DNA from: Bdellovibrionota bacterium
GTDB lineage: Bacteria > Bdellovibrionota > FAC87 > UBA2466
DNA: 64,000 nt
Assembly: GCA_041749855.1 (NCBI GenBank)
Contig: JBGTAN010000040.1
Span: 7,921 to 71,920 of the forward strand
Direction: 5' to 3'
Below the pieces are notes generated by a model. It was not told the origin of the DNA and ran no database searches. It saw nothing but the letters and a program-made list of their open reading frames with translations. Below are positions 9,417 through 18,281 of this stretch, in pieces. Every line of letters begins with the position of its first letter. The stretch's first letter is position 1. The position numbers were made by a program, and so were the translations under genes.

Positions 9417-10341
9417 GGGCCTGGCGCAATTCGCGCGGCAAACCAAAGCGAACGTTTTCTTCACGCACACTACGGCTTTCGACATCGGCGCCGAATTTCT
9501 CCTCTAGTAGCGACACACATCCCTGAACCAAGTGTTCGGGCGCGGAAGCTCCGGCAGTAATTAAGACGGTCTCGTGCCCTTTGAACCACTCAAATTGAAT
9601 GTCCTGGGGCCCGTCTATTAAGTGCGCTGCCCTGCCCGACTCGCGCGCCAGCTCTGCCAGACGCTGACTATTGGAACTATTCGAGCTGCCCAGCACCAAT
9701 ACCATGTCCGCTTCTTGACTGAGCAACCGAACGGCTTCTTGTCTGTTCTGGGTGGCATAACAAATGTCGTCCTTGCGCGGTCCGACGATGTGCGGGAATC
9801 GATTTTTCAACGCAAGAATAATGGCGCGGGCCTCATCGACGCTCAGCGTAGTTTGGGTAAGAAACGCAAGCCGAGTGCCTGCCGGATAATCCAGAGCCGC
9901 TACGTCTTCGACCGTTTCCACTAGACGTATGGATCCTTCCACTTCCCCCATGGTGCCCACGACTTCGTCATGGCCCGCATGCCCCACTAAAACGATTTGG
10001 TAGCCTTCTTTGGCAAACTGAATGGCCTCGAGGTGGACTTTGGTGACCAGGGGACAGGTTGCATCAATGGTCTTGATTCCAGCGGCTTCGCTCTTGCGGC
10101 GAATGGCCGGGCTTACCCCGTGCGCGCTGTACATGAGATTTGCGCCTGGTGGGACTTCATCGATCGTTTCGACAAAAATAGCGCCTTTCGCGCGGAAGGC
10201 TTGTACGACCGGGCGGTTGTGCACAATTTCATGAAATACGTACAGGGGCGGTCCATAAACCGCAAGCGCCTGGTCGAGACTTTCAACGGCCATGTTGACG
10301 CCAGCGCAGAAACCTCGTGGACTAGCGAGCAGCACTTTCAT
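9346..10341 (-). CDS. ispH: 4-hydroxy-3-methylbut-2-enyl diphosphate reductase
   Basis: MKVLLASPRGFCAGVNMAVESLDQAL.. and the conserved IspH Cys/His positions; C-terminal tail extension whose 3' end overlaps the RND 3' end. Confidence 0.9.
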   Translation of the reverse strand: MKVLLASPRGFCAGVNMAVESLDQALAVYGPPLYVFHEIVHNRPVVQAFRAKGAIFVETIDEVPPGANLMYSAHGVSPAIRRKSEAAGIKTIDATCPLVTKVHLEAIQFAKEGYQIVLVGHAGHDEVVGTMGEVEGSIRLVETVEDVAALDYPAGTRLAFLTQTTLSVDEARAIILALKNRFPHIVGPRKDDICYATQNRQEAVRLLSQEADMVLVLGSSNSSNSQRLAELARESGRAAHLIDGPQDIQFEWFKGHETVLITAGASAPEHLVQGCVSLLEEKFGADVESRSVREENVRFGLPRELRQALTSFPAVPASYVGSPEKSSPAAN

Positions 10342-10370
10342 GCCGGCCATCCTACAGATAAAAATCGATT

Positions 10371-11672
10371 TTAGCGAGTCTGAGTGGCTTTAGGCTCAAG
10401 CGGAGCAACAGCCGCAATAGCGGGCGCTTCGACCGGCTTGTTTTTGGGCGCAGTGTTGCGTTGCGCAGTGAGCGATCCGGGAAGCGACAACAAGCCTGCT
10501 GCAAGCAGCTGCTTATTGTTGTTAAGCTTCATAGGCCGTGCTCCTTCCAATACGAAGGCTTTCACGCGGCGGTAATCAAAAGGGCCGCCTTGGCTTGCAA
10601 GCATTGCAGCAGCTCCCGTAACAAAGGCCGTTGCCTGAGAAGTTCCCGACATGGTCCCGAATTTTCCACCCGGTAGCGTACTTAAAATCATCAAACCGGG
10701 AGCCGCGACGTGAACCGTTTTTCCAAAATTGCTTGATGGCAGTAAGCGGTCATACTTGTTCACCGAAGCGACGCCGATGATATTGTCTAAAGGGTAGCTT
10801 GCGGGATAGTACGGACGTCGATCGTTATTGCGACCGTCGTTCCCTGCCGCCGCAATAAAGAGCACTCCGTGTTTCTGCGCTTGAGCAACAGCGACTCGCT
10901 CACTGGCTGCAGGATCTGCTCCCCCACCACTGTAGTTGATAATCTGAGCCCCGTTCGCAACCGCGTACTCAATCGCACGCACGGTATTGGCGAGGTTGTT
11001 GTACCCTGCGCCACCGTTATCGTAATACTTCAAGCCCATCAGCGATACGCCGGGGCAAACTCCAGACGCCCCTGCCGCATTTTCAGTGGCTCCTCCGATG
11101 ATACCGGCTATGTGCGTTCCATGGCCGTGCGTATCGAATGGGAGCGGCACATCGTGTACGAAGTCCCAACCCACTACGTCATCGACATAACCGTTTCCAT
11201 CATCATCAATTCCGTTGCAGCTCTTGTCGCGGCAATTCCAAGCGTAACCACGATCCGCCAATTCCTTAGTAGGAGCCCAGGGGCCAGTCTCACCTTTGTT
11301 GACCCACAAGTTGTCACGCAATTGGGGATGCGTGTAATCAATTCCCGTGTCCACTACGGCAACGACCACTTCTTTGGAGCAGGTCACTGATTGCTTGGGT
11401 TGCGCGCTAAATACATCAAAAAAACCGATGGCAGCCAGCCCCCACTCACGAGGCATGGCGCTTCCGTTTTGAAGGGTTAATGTTTTTGCTGCTCCGATAC
11501 CCTTAATGCGGTCCTGTAGTTCTTTCGGGTATTCAGGATAGTGAAGGTCTGCGATCAATTTGTTTTTGCTGTTAAGGGTAGAGAATTTGTCTTTGGGTTG
11601 GTTGGCGTACACGACGGAGCCAAACACACAGGCCACCATAAACACCCAGAATACGGATCGTAATCGTGACAT
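10371..11672 (-). CDS. secreted S8 (subtilisin-like) serine peptidase
   Basis: Catalytic triad motifs VVAVVDTGIDYTHPQL, HGHGTHIAGIIGG and SGTSQATAFVTGAAAML; signal peptide MSRLRSVFWVFMVACVFGSVVYA (start likely internal to the 475-aa ORF). Confidence 0.85.
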   Translation of the reverse strand: MSRLRSVFWVFMVACVFGSVVYANQPKDKFSTLNSKNKLIADLHYPEYPKELQDRIKGIGAAKTLTLQNGSAMPREWGLAAIGFFDVFSAQPKQSVTCSKEVVVAVVDTGIDYTHPQLRDNLWVNKGETGPWAPTKELADRGYAWNCRDKSCNGIDDDGNGYVDDVVGWDFVHDVPLPFDTHGHGTHIAGIIGGATENAAGASGVCPGVSLMGLKYYDNGGAGYNNLANTVRAIEYAVANGAQIINYSGGGADPAASERVAVAQAQKHGVLFIAAAGNDGRNNDRRPYYPASYPLDNIIGVASVNKYDRLLPSSNFGKTVHVAAPGLMILSTLPGGKFGTMSGTSQATAFVTGAAAMLASQGGPFDYRRVKAFVLEGARPMKLNNNKQLLAAGLLSLPGSLTAQRNTAPKNKPVEAPAIAAVAPLEPKATQTR

Positions 11673-11933
11673 TGGCCGCTTCTTCAACTCTCGCTCTACT
11701 CGCATGACACCCACACCCACGAAGCTAGAAAAATGCTTAAGACCCTTTCTAGAGTCTGCGGGTGTGTATTGAGCAAGCGCGATGCCAGCGCACTTCAAGT
11801 GGGGTGGGTAAAAAGGCGTGCGATATCAATAGGGGCAAGCACGCCCTCGTCTAGGTATCGACCGCGTGTTGACAAAGTACGTCACTGCCTAGCCGTAATG
11901 TGTCCTCTCTCAGAATGCAGACAGTGGGGATTT

Positions 11934-13625
11934 CTACAAGGTAAGCGCGGTGGGGTCAGGAAGGCGCAATGAAACCGCGGAAGGATCCAGTTTCCCATCA
12001 TTGCGAAGCATTTTGTAGAAAGTGAAATTACGAAGCACCAGCTTTACATAGTTCCTCGTCTCTGCCACAGGAATGAGCTCTACAAAAACATCGAGCGGCA
12101 ATCCTGGGCCACGCTTCCACCAATTCGAAGCGCGCCGCGAGCCCGCGTTGTAAGCCGCCGCCATCAACGCAGGATGCGGCATTTGCGCCTGGAGCTCATG
12201 GAGGTGGTAACTTGCAAAACGCAGATTCTCCTGGGCAAAAAACAAGGTCTTCCTACCGTAGTAGCTTTCGTAGCTCCACAGCTTTGCCAGTCGGGCACCC
12301 AGAAAAGGCATCATTTGCATCAACCCACTCGCGTTGGCTGAAGAGACAGCCCCTGGGTTGAAGGCGCTTTCTTGCCGCATAATCGCGTAGATGAAATCAG
12401 GATCTACTTTCCACTCCACGGCCATTCGGTCCACGTGGACGCGATGCGGGGTGGGGAACATCTCTTTGAGAAAATCAAATGGGACCGTGTGATATTGCGC
12501 CATCGCGAATTCAGTCACCACGGCATAAATCTTCATGGCTTCAATCTGCAACCCCGCCGCCTGGTACAAGTGGGCTGCGTAAAGCAGCGCAGGTACCTCG
12601 TTGAGACCTACCTCCTCTTTAAGAAGGGCCGTCGCCTTGGCGAGGTAGGTCGCTGCGTCCATTCGAAGACTGTGGCTTAAGCTCGTTTCCGCTTCTTTGA
12701 ACAGATCCGCAACTTCACTGCTTACCTTCAGCTGCGCTTTGAAATAGCTTGCTCTTTCCGGCAGCGCCGCTTGCATCTTTCGATTCAACCGCGCATGCGC
12801 CAGATAGTAGTAATAGCCCGGCACACCGGAGTCTGCAATCCTGGCGTAATCTTCCGTGGCAGTTTCGCCGTTGGCTTCGCGCAAGCGCGCAGACCAGTAA
12901 AGGCGTTTTATCTGATTGGGCGCTGACTCATCCGGATCGCATTGCCTATCGAAAGTAGCTTTCGCTTTGGGTGCGTCTCCCGCGCCTAAATACGTAAGGG
13001 AAATCAGAAAACCTGCTTCCGCAGTTTCGGCCTCGCAGTCATCGAGCTCCCGCATCGCGGCATACGCCTTCGCGGCGACGTCCACACTTTGCAAGTCCAA
13101 TGCGATTCGAAACTGCAGGTTGAGTGCTTTGAATTGCTCTTTCTCAGAGAGATCTTTGAACTGGGGCGAAGCGGATAGCTCTAGAGCTTTTGCCAGCGCT
13201 TCTTGATTCTCATCTTTGTTCCATAGTCGATACGCAACAAAATAGTTTTTCTTAAAACTCTCATCCTGAAACACGGCAGTGCCTACACTGCTCGGATTGC
13301 GCGAAGCGTTCTCTCGCCGAACCCCCTCCAGCTTCTCTAGCATCCGCTGGTTCTTCTCCATTCTCTCGAGGGTAGTCGAGAGCGCTGCAAAACGAGGCGT
13401 GTCTTTGGTGACCTGGCGCAATTCCAACTCGTAGAGATCCATCAGGCGGCGCCGCTCATGGGCATTGAGATCGGCGCGCCTTTCCAGCGAGGCCCGCTCA
13501 TACACATGGGACGCATTAAAATACCCCGAAGGGTCAGTGCGAAAAAACGGGGCAAACTCTCGGGTTTCGTGCTGCGTGGTGCACTGGCATAATGACAGCA
13601 ATAAAATAACCCCGAGAAACCGCAT
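11934..13625 (-). CDS. lytic transglycosylase (SLT domain, C-terminal) with N-terminal superhelical domain
   Basis: SLT motif ESAFNPGAVSSANASGLMQMMPFLGARLA...AAYNAGSRRASNW; signal/lipo-like N-terminus MRFLGVILLLSLCQC. Confidence 0.8.
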   Translation of the reverse strand: MRFLGVILLLSLCQCTTQHETREFAPFFRTDPSGYFNASHVYERASLERRADLNAHERRRLMDLYELELRQVTKDTPRFAALSTTLERMEKNQRMLEKLEGVRRENASRNPSSVGTAVFQDESFKKNYFVAYRLWNKDENQEALAKALELSASPQFKDLSEKEQFKALNLQFRIALDLQSVDVAAKAYAAMRELDDCEAETAEAGFLISLTYLGAGDAPKAKATFDRQCDPDESAPNQIKRLYWSARLREANGETATEDYARIADSGVPGYYYYLAHARLNRKMQAALPERASYFKAQLKVSSEVADLFKEAETSLSHSLRMDAATYLAKATALLKEEVGLNEVPALLYAAHLYQAAGLQIEAMKIYAVVTEFAMAQYHTVPFDFLKEMFPTPHRVHVDRMAVEWKVDPDFIYAIMRQESAFNPGAVSSANASGLMQMMPFLGARLAKLWSYESYYGRKTLFFAQENLRFASYHLHELQAQMPHPALMAAAYNAGSRRASNWWKRGPGLPLDVFVELIPVAETRNYVKLVLRNFTFYKMLRNDGKLDPSAVSLRLPDPTALTL

Positions 13626-13695
13626 GAAAACGAGTTTAACCCCCTCTTCCAACCAACAAAAGGCCCAAGGTTATTTGTCTGCTGTGGCCCGAATG

Positions 13696-13995
13696 CTCTG
13701 CTGGGTGGCTCTCTTGGGACTTACCGCTTCCAGCTGTTCGAAGAAAGAGGAAGACCCTGAAGTGGGTCGACTCAAAGCGCAACTCGATGGCTCCGTAAAG
13801 CGGATGGAAGAATTGGATATGGAAATCAAGACCTCGCGTGATGACGCAGCGACTTCGGCGGTTTTGACCGAGGAAAAGGAACTCTTAAAATCCCGGATGG
13901 AGCGCCTCAAAGAAAAACTCATTGGCGCAGGCGCGATGGAACGCGGCGCTCCAGCAGCATCCGGCGGTGGCGGCGGCGGCGGCGGACACCACTAG
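13696..13995 (+). CDS. small coiled-coil putative lipoprotein with poly-Gly/His C-terminus
   Basis: MLCWVALLGLTASSCSKKEE.. followed by heptad-like KEEL/KEKL repeats and ..ASGGGGGGGGHH; the alternative start at 13624 would overlap the slt start. Confidence 0.35.
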   Translation, partial: LCWVALLGLTASSCSKKEEDPEVGRLKAQLDGSVKRMEELDMEIKTSRDDAATSAVLTEEKELLKSRMERLKEKLIGAGAMERGAPAASGGGGGGGGHH

Positions 13996-14076
13996 GAGCT
14001 ACGCATCCTAGTGCCTATTGCCATATCAAGAGCAACTCCCTTACGGTGAGTCTGAACAATAGGAGCAGAACGAGGC

Positions 14077-14400
14077 ATGCCGAAAAAGACTGAACTGACA
14101 AACCTTCGCAAGCGACGTCACACCGACCTGCCGGCCACCATAGGACTGGTGAAAGAAGTGCGAAATGAACTTCGTTCAGAAATCAGAAGGTTGGACTCGA
14201 AGATTGGTTCGTTGGACTCGAAGATCGACTCGGTTGAGAGCACTCTGAGTGGCAAGATTCAAGAAGTGCTTGTAGCCGTCCACCGGACCCAAGCTCTCAT
14301 GGAAGAGCAGCGTGGAGAGAATCGGATTGTCCTGGATGGACTAAAGAACTTGATGGACCGGCAAGACCACCTAGAAAACGAGTTCCGAACTCGCTTCTGA
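14077..14400 (+). CDS. hypothetical coiled-coil protein
   Basis: 107 aa with internal repeat LDSKIGSLDSKIDSVESTL; no recognisable domain. Confidence 0.35.
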   Translation: MPKKTELTNLRKRRHTDLPATIGLVKEVRNELRSEIRRLDSKIGSLDSKIDSVESTLSGKIQEVLVAVHRTQALMEEQRGENRIVLDGLKNLMDRQDHLENEFRTRF

Positions 14401-14446
14401 GACTCCAGCAAGGGTTCGTTTCCTCAGGAAATGCCTGGCTCGACTA

Positions 14447-14836
14447 TTACATACGACGATGCTCTTGATAAATACAGGGCCCTGAAATCACTTCAATGCC
14501 GTAGCTACGCGCGGTCTTCTCTGCCACAGGATTTTCAGCACCCGGCTGAAGCCAGAGAATCTTTGCCCCTAGTGTCTTACATTCTTCAACGATAGCTGGA
14601 ATCGCATCGGGCGAACGAAACACATCGACGATTTCTAAGGGGGCTGCATCGGCAAGCGTCGCAACGACTTTCACGAAATCGACTTTGGGCTTACCCGGAT
14701 TCACGCCGATGACGTCATAGCCCTGTTCTACCAAGTACTTTGCAATCCAATGGCTCGGACGATCAGGATTGGCGCTAATCCCCACCACTGCGACGCGCTT
14801 ATTCTGAGTCAGAATGCTTTTGAAGTTCATACTCAA
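14447..14836 (-). CDS. CoA-binding domain protein (YccU/YneT-like)
   Basis: KRVAVVGISANPDRPSHWIAKYLVEQGYDVIGVNP.. matches the CoA-binding fold. Confidence 0.75.
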   Translation of the reverse strand: MSMNFKSILTQNKRVAVVGISANPDRPSHWIAKYLVEQGYDVIGVNPGKPKVDFVKVVATLADAAPLEIVDVFRSPDAIPAIVEECKTLGAKILWLQPGAENPVAEKTARSYGIEVISGPCIYQEHRRM

Positions 14837-14862
14837 TGTGCACCGGAGGCAACGTGATGGCT

Positions 14863-15324
14863 CTACTTAAACATCCTTTTAGTTTCATTTAGATACTCAT
14901 CGTGCTGCTCCGCATTTAGAATGTAGAACACGCTTCCACCTTTGAAAACTTGGTCGCTCGGATTGCTAACGAAATGCTCCCCGCTTTCTGCAGCCTTGTC
15001 TTTTACGAAGCTATCGATTTTGCCTTTGCATTTCACTTCAGCGTTTACGCTGCCGTATTCGCCCCCAATTGCTTTGTTGGCAACTTCGAAACCCAAATTG
15101 CCCTTGCGGCAAAGCTCATAGCCAACACGCGCAAGCATCACATCCTTTCCTTCGTTGCCGCCTCCAACAAACACGGTGTAGCTGTTCTGACCCGTCTGCT
15201 GAAAGAAACCACAACCCTCGTTTTTAACCGCACAATCTGTTGACGTGGGGCCGGGGCTTGCACAGCCCACCAAAGCCATCACTACTGAAATGCTTCCGAA
15301 TATAAACAATCGAGTTTTCTTCAT
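14863..15324 (-). CDS. hypothetical lipoprotein
   Basis: MKKTRLFIFGSISVVMALVGC with lipobox LVGC; Cys-rich mature part with no recognised domain. Confidence 0.45.
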   Translation of the reverse strand: MKKTRLFIFGSISVVMALVGCASPGPTSTDCAVKNEGCGFFQQTGQNSYTVFVGGGNEGKDVMLARVGYELCRKGNLGFEVANKAIGGEYGSVNAEVKCKGKIDSFVKDKAAESGEHFVSNPSDQVFKGGSVFYILNAEQHDEYLNETKRMFK

Positions 15325-15408
15325 ATGAGCTCGACAATAGAAGAATGTCCGCACATTGCAATTTCAAACTGAGGGGGGGGACCATGCCCCCTCGGATGGA
15401 GTAGAGCC

Positions 15409-15424
15409 CGATTATGGCGGGGCG
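15409..15424. repeat. 16-bp perfect direct repeat copy A (CCGATTATGGCGGGGC)
   Basis: Identical 16-mer at 16725-16740; both copies are followed within 9-14 nt by TCGAA(A)CC. Confidence 0.7.
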
Positions 15425-15663
15425 GGCTGAAGTCGAAACCAGGGATTTTTATTCCGAAAGAGGACGAACTGGTTCCCAAGGTGACTAAGCGGTCACATTC
15501 AATTTTATCGAGATATTTCGATTTTCTTCCGTGGAGGAAGACGATTTGCTCGTTCGGGTCATCGAACTAACTACCCGACAAATGGTGGAAAGTATTCACT
15601 TTTAAAAGATGGTACCGCTTGCTGTATTGTGGTTTCCGGGCGGATCCGCTATATGCCGTCGCC

Positions 15664-16623
15664 ATGTCGCAGATTAAGAAAGTTTTTTCGACCGTGGTCG
15701 GGATTTGTCTATTTTGCTCGAGTGCTTTCGGGATGTTGGGTCAGAGCGGTGCAGGAAAGTTAGACGATCTCACTTGTGCGTTGGAGCTCCTAGGCGCGAA
15801 CTTAAGGGGTGTGGCGGAAGATACGTCTTTCGCAACGGAACAGGAAGCACGGGAATCTACAGCGGAACTGCCGAATACCCATGGAGAATGGGTTCAATTC
15901 TCAGATGCGATTTACTCACGAGGCTCTTACAGGAGCGTTGACCTTCTGCACGGGCGCACAGTAGCGATCATTGTACGGGAGGCGAATCCTGCGGATATTC
16001 AACGACCTTATCGGCGCGTGGTGGGGCTTTTCTTATCGTCTTTGCGTCCTGGTCCGGATTTTTGGCCCGGTCAGGAAGACGGCAATGATAGCTTTGTAGT
16101 GCTAAATCGAGGGAATCTTCTTCGCATCCCAGGTCATGAAGTTATCGCGATCTATAAAAACAACGGAAAGTCGGTCGCCATTGTTCCTCAGTTAACGGGC
16201 AATCCGATAATCGATGCCGTCCCCTCAAGAGCGTTCACGCCTGCAGATTCTTCGCGCGAGGGAATTGAAAAAGCGCTTCAAGATGCTCAAAGAGCTCTGC
16301 AGTACCTTCCCCTTTTGGGCTACAAGAAACTTGTGTTCAATCCGGACGACAAACCCAAATCGGTGGACGAATTTCTAGTTGGGAGAATTCTTGCCGGAGT
16401 TTGCCAACTTCCCACCGGCGGGACTGTGATCTTCGCTGGTAAAATTACAGAAGCAAAAGCCCGTGTTACGGGCATTGGTTGGAGAGGCAAGCCCGAAACA
16501 TACAACACTCCGACCGGGTGGGGAGTGAGGGTCGCTTTGGACGGGTCCTTTGGGGCTGATCATTGGCTCGATTTCACTTGGTGCAAATCTCTTTGGATCC
16601 ACGACGGCAGCGTTGCACCGTAA
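15664..16623 (+). CDS. hypothetical secreted protein
   Basis: Signal peptide MSQIKKVFSTVVGICLFCSSAFG (the ORF opens at 15619); no recognised domain; bracketed by the 16-bp direct repeats. Confidence 0.45.
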   Translation: MSQIKKVFSTVVGICLFCSSAFGMLGQSGAGKLDDLTCALELLGANLRGVAEDTSFATEQEARESTAELPNTHGEWVQFSDAIYSRGSYRSVDLLHGRTVAIIVREANPADIQRPYRRVVGLFLSSLRPGPDFWPGQEDGNDSFVVLNRGNLLRIPGHEVIAIYKNNGKSVAIVPQLTGNPIIDAVPSRAFTPADSSREGIEKALQDAQRALQYLPLLGYKKLVFNPDDKPKSVDEFLVGRILAGVCQLPTGGTVIFAGKITEAKARVTGIGWRGKPETYNTPTGWGVRVALDGSFGADHWLDFTWCKSLWIHDGSVAP

Positions 16624-16724
16624 CCTGGTGCTACCGAATAATGTTCAACACCATGGAACCAGAGAAACCCATAGTCCTCAACGTCAGTTGAATCGTATCA
16701 ACGGCTTAGATGTGCTTTTTGGTT

Positions 16725-16740
16725 CCGATTATGGCGGGGC
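16725..16740. repeat. 16-bp perfect direct repeat copy B (CCGATTATGGCGGGGC)
   Basis: Identical to 15409-15424. Confidence 0.7.
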
Positions 16741-16862
16741 AGAGTGGACGAGTATCGAACCTTTCTTCTTCGGTCCTCGCTCCGTAAGTCGGCCTAAAGG
16801 CCCCCCAGCTCCGTTTAATCCCCCCTTGATCGTTTGTTAGCACATGTGCTAACATTCTCGCC

Positions 16863-17257
16863 TTGGAGGCCCATTTGGCTCGCCGACCTACATCTAAGCT
16901 TGTCTATCAAGGGGCTTCACTCCGTATTGAGTTTTACGTCTCTTTAACGGGGGAAACTCCGGCGGAGACCTGGCTCGAAAGCCAGACCGCAGGCAAGCAA
17001 GAGAAGTTTGCAGCATTGTTCGCTTGGATGGGCGATCAGGGCAAGATTTGGAATGAACGTAAATTTAGCACCTTACGGGCAGCGACCAGATTTTCGAGTT
17101 CAAAGCCGACGACGGGCGAGTTCTTTGTTTCTTCCTGCTCGGCAAACACCTGGTCCTGACCCACGGATTTACCAAGAAGGGCGATAAGACGCCTAAGGGT
17201 GAGATAGCTAGGGCTGAAGCGATAAAGAATGATTTTTTGATGAGGGAAAAGGCATGA
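16863..17257 (+). pseudogene. RelE/ParE-superfamily toxin of the Gp49/DUF891 (HigB-like) type, disrupted by a 1-nt frameshift near 17067
   Basis: Frame A encodes ..IEFYVSLTGETPAETWLESQ..KIWNERKF. The next frame continues (K)HLTGSDQIFEFKADDGRVLCFFLLGKHLVLTHGFTKKGDKTPKGEIARAEAIKNDFL*, the hallmark C-terminus of Gp49-like toxins. Inserting one base after AAATTT restores a single ORF; the stop overlaps the antitoxin ATG. Confidence 0.6.
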
Positions 17258-17559
17258 AAGAGAATAAAAAAACCGTTGGATGGCTCGATAAAAAATTGGC
17301 TAACCCTAAGTTCCGTAGGGCTTTTCGGGAGGAATACGAAAAGCTTTCTATTGGGGAACAGCTTTTGCGGCTGCGGCTTGAAGCAGGTATGACCCAAGCC
17401 GAGGTAGCGAAGAAGGTCGGCACCACCGCATCGGCCATTTCTCGGTATGAGAACGCAGAATATGACCGCTATGAGCTACAAACATTGCGTAAAATCGTGG
17501 AAGCCTGTGGTGGCATCCTACAAATCTCTATGACCCCAGATAAGGAAAGAGCAGCATAA
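17254..17559 (+). CDS. XRE-family HTH antitoxin (HigA-like)
   Basis: 101 aa with HTH segment LRLRLEAGMTQAEVAKKVGTTASAISRYENAE; ATGA overlap with the upstream toxin stop. Confidence 0.65.
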   Translation: MKENKKTVGWLDKKLANPKFRRAFREEYEKLSIGEQLLRLRLEAGMTQAEVAKKVGTTASAISRYENAEYDRYELQTLRKIVEACGGILQISMTPDKERAA

Positions 17560-17617
17560 TCGCAAATATCCGGATCGAGGGAGACGGTTACCAACTTTGC
17601 TTCCTATTAGGCTTGCA

Positions 17618-18181
17618 TCAAACTGGGAAATAAACCGCGCACAGCCCACGTGCCCCCGGATTTTCACAGCGATAGGTATGCTGCTTGTCGGCCCGAAATT
17701 CCAACATCTCGCCGGATTGAACTTCAAAAACTTCATCACCCACTTCAACACTCAGCTTTCCGGAAGTGACATAAAGATACTCAACCGCACTCCCGCCGTG
17801 CCCTTTAGAAGTGTGTTTCCCCTTTTTAACAAAGTGAAATGCGAAGATTTCTAGATGCCGGTTAGGCGAGCCTTCGGAGAGAAGGCGGCAAACGAAACTC
17901 TTGTCTCCGGAAACCGTTGTCCTGGCAGATTCGATGTTTGAAAGACGATAAAGACTGGGCTTGGAGCTGGGTTCGACCAATTCGCCAACTCCCATCCCCA
18001 TCCCTTTAGCGAGTTTCGATAGCACCGCAATTGTCGGTGAGGTTGCTCCGTTTTCAATTTGGTAAATCATGGAACGAGATACGTCGCTCAAAGCTGCCAT
18101 GGCATCTAAAGAGAGCCCACGGGATTTCCGGAACTTCTTAATTGTTTCAGCAATGTACAGCGCCTGGTCTTGCATGAGCAC
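17618..18181 (-). CDS. XRE-family transcriptional regulator with C-terminal cupin domain
   Basis: N-terminal HTH (RKSRGLSLDAMAALSDVSRSMIYQIENG) and a C-terminal cupin-like beta segment (HTSKGHGGSAVEYLYVTSGKLSVEV..GEMLEF). Confidence 0.7.
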   Translation of the reverse strand: MLMQDQALYIAETIKKFRKSRGLSLDAMAALSDVSRSMIYQIENGATSPTIAVLSKLAKGMGMGVGELVEPSSKPSLYRLSNIESARTTVSGDKSFVCRLLSEGSPNRHLEIFAFHFVKKGKHTSKGHGGSAVEYLYVTSGKLSVEVGDEVFEVQSGEMLEFRADKQHTYRCENPGARGLCAVYFPV

Positions 18182-18281
18182 GAAGTATATCCCATTTTGT
18201 ATATTTGCTAAATAAAATATTATCCTTGATATTAAACTTGGAAAAACCTACATTGCCTCCCTTGATGAAGGTAGGTGGCAG

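Noticed and set aside
15360-15620. Possible tmRNA (ssrA) gene: short matches to the tmRNA 5' region (UCGA..GGGAUUU..CCCAAGGUG) and GCCCCGCCA CCA-like ends
   Set aside because: No acceptable tRNA-like acceptor/T-arm pairing could be drawn in either orientation, and no tag reading frame ending in ..AA-stop is present. It is kept only as an unexplained structured or repeat region.
16733-16860. Minus-strand tRNA whose 3' end would be ..GCCCCGCCA at repeat copy B
   Set aside because: I could not construct a cloverleaf with acceptor, T-arm and anticodon arm.
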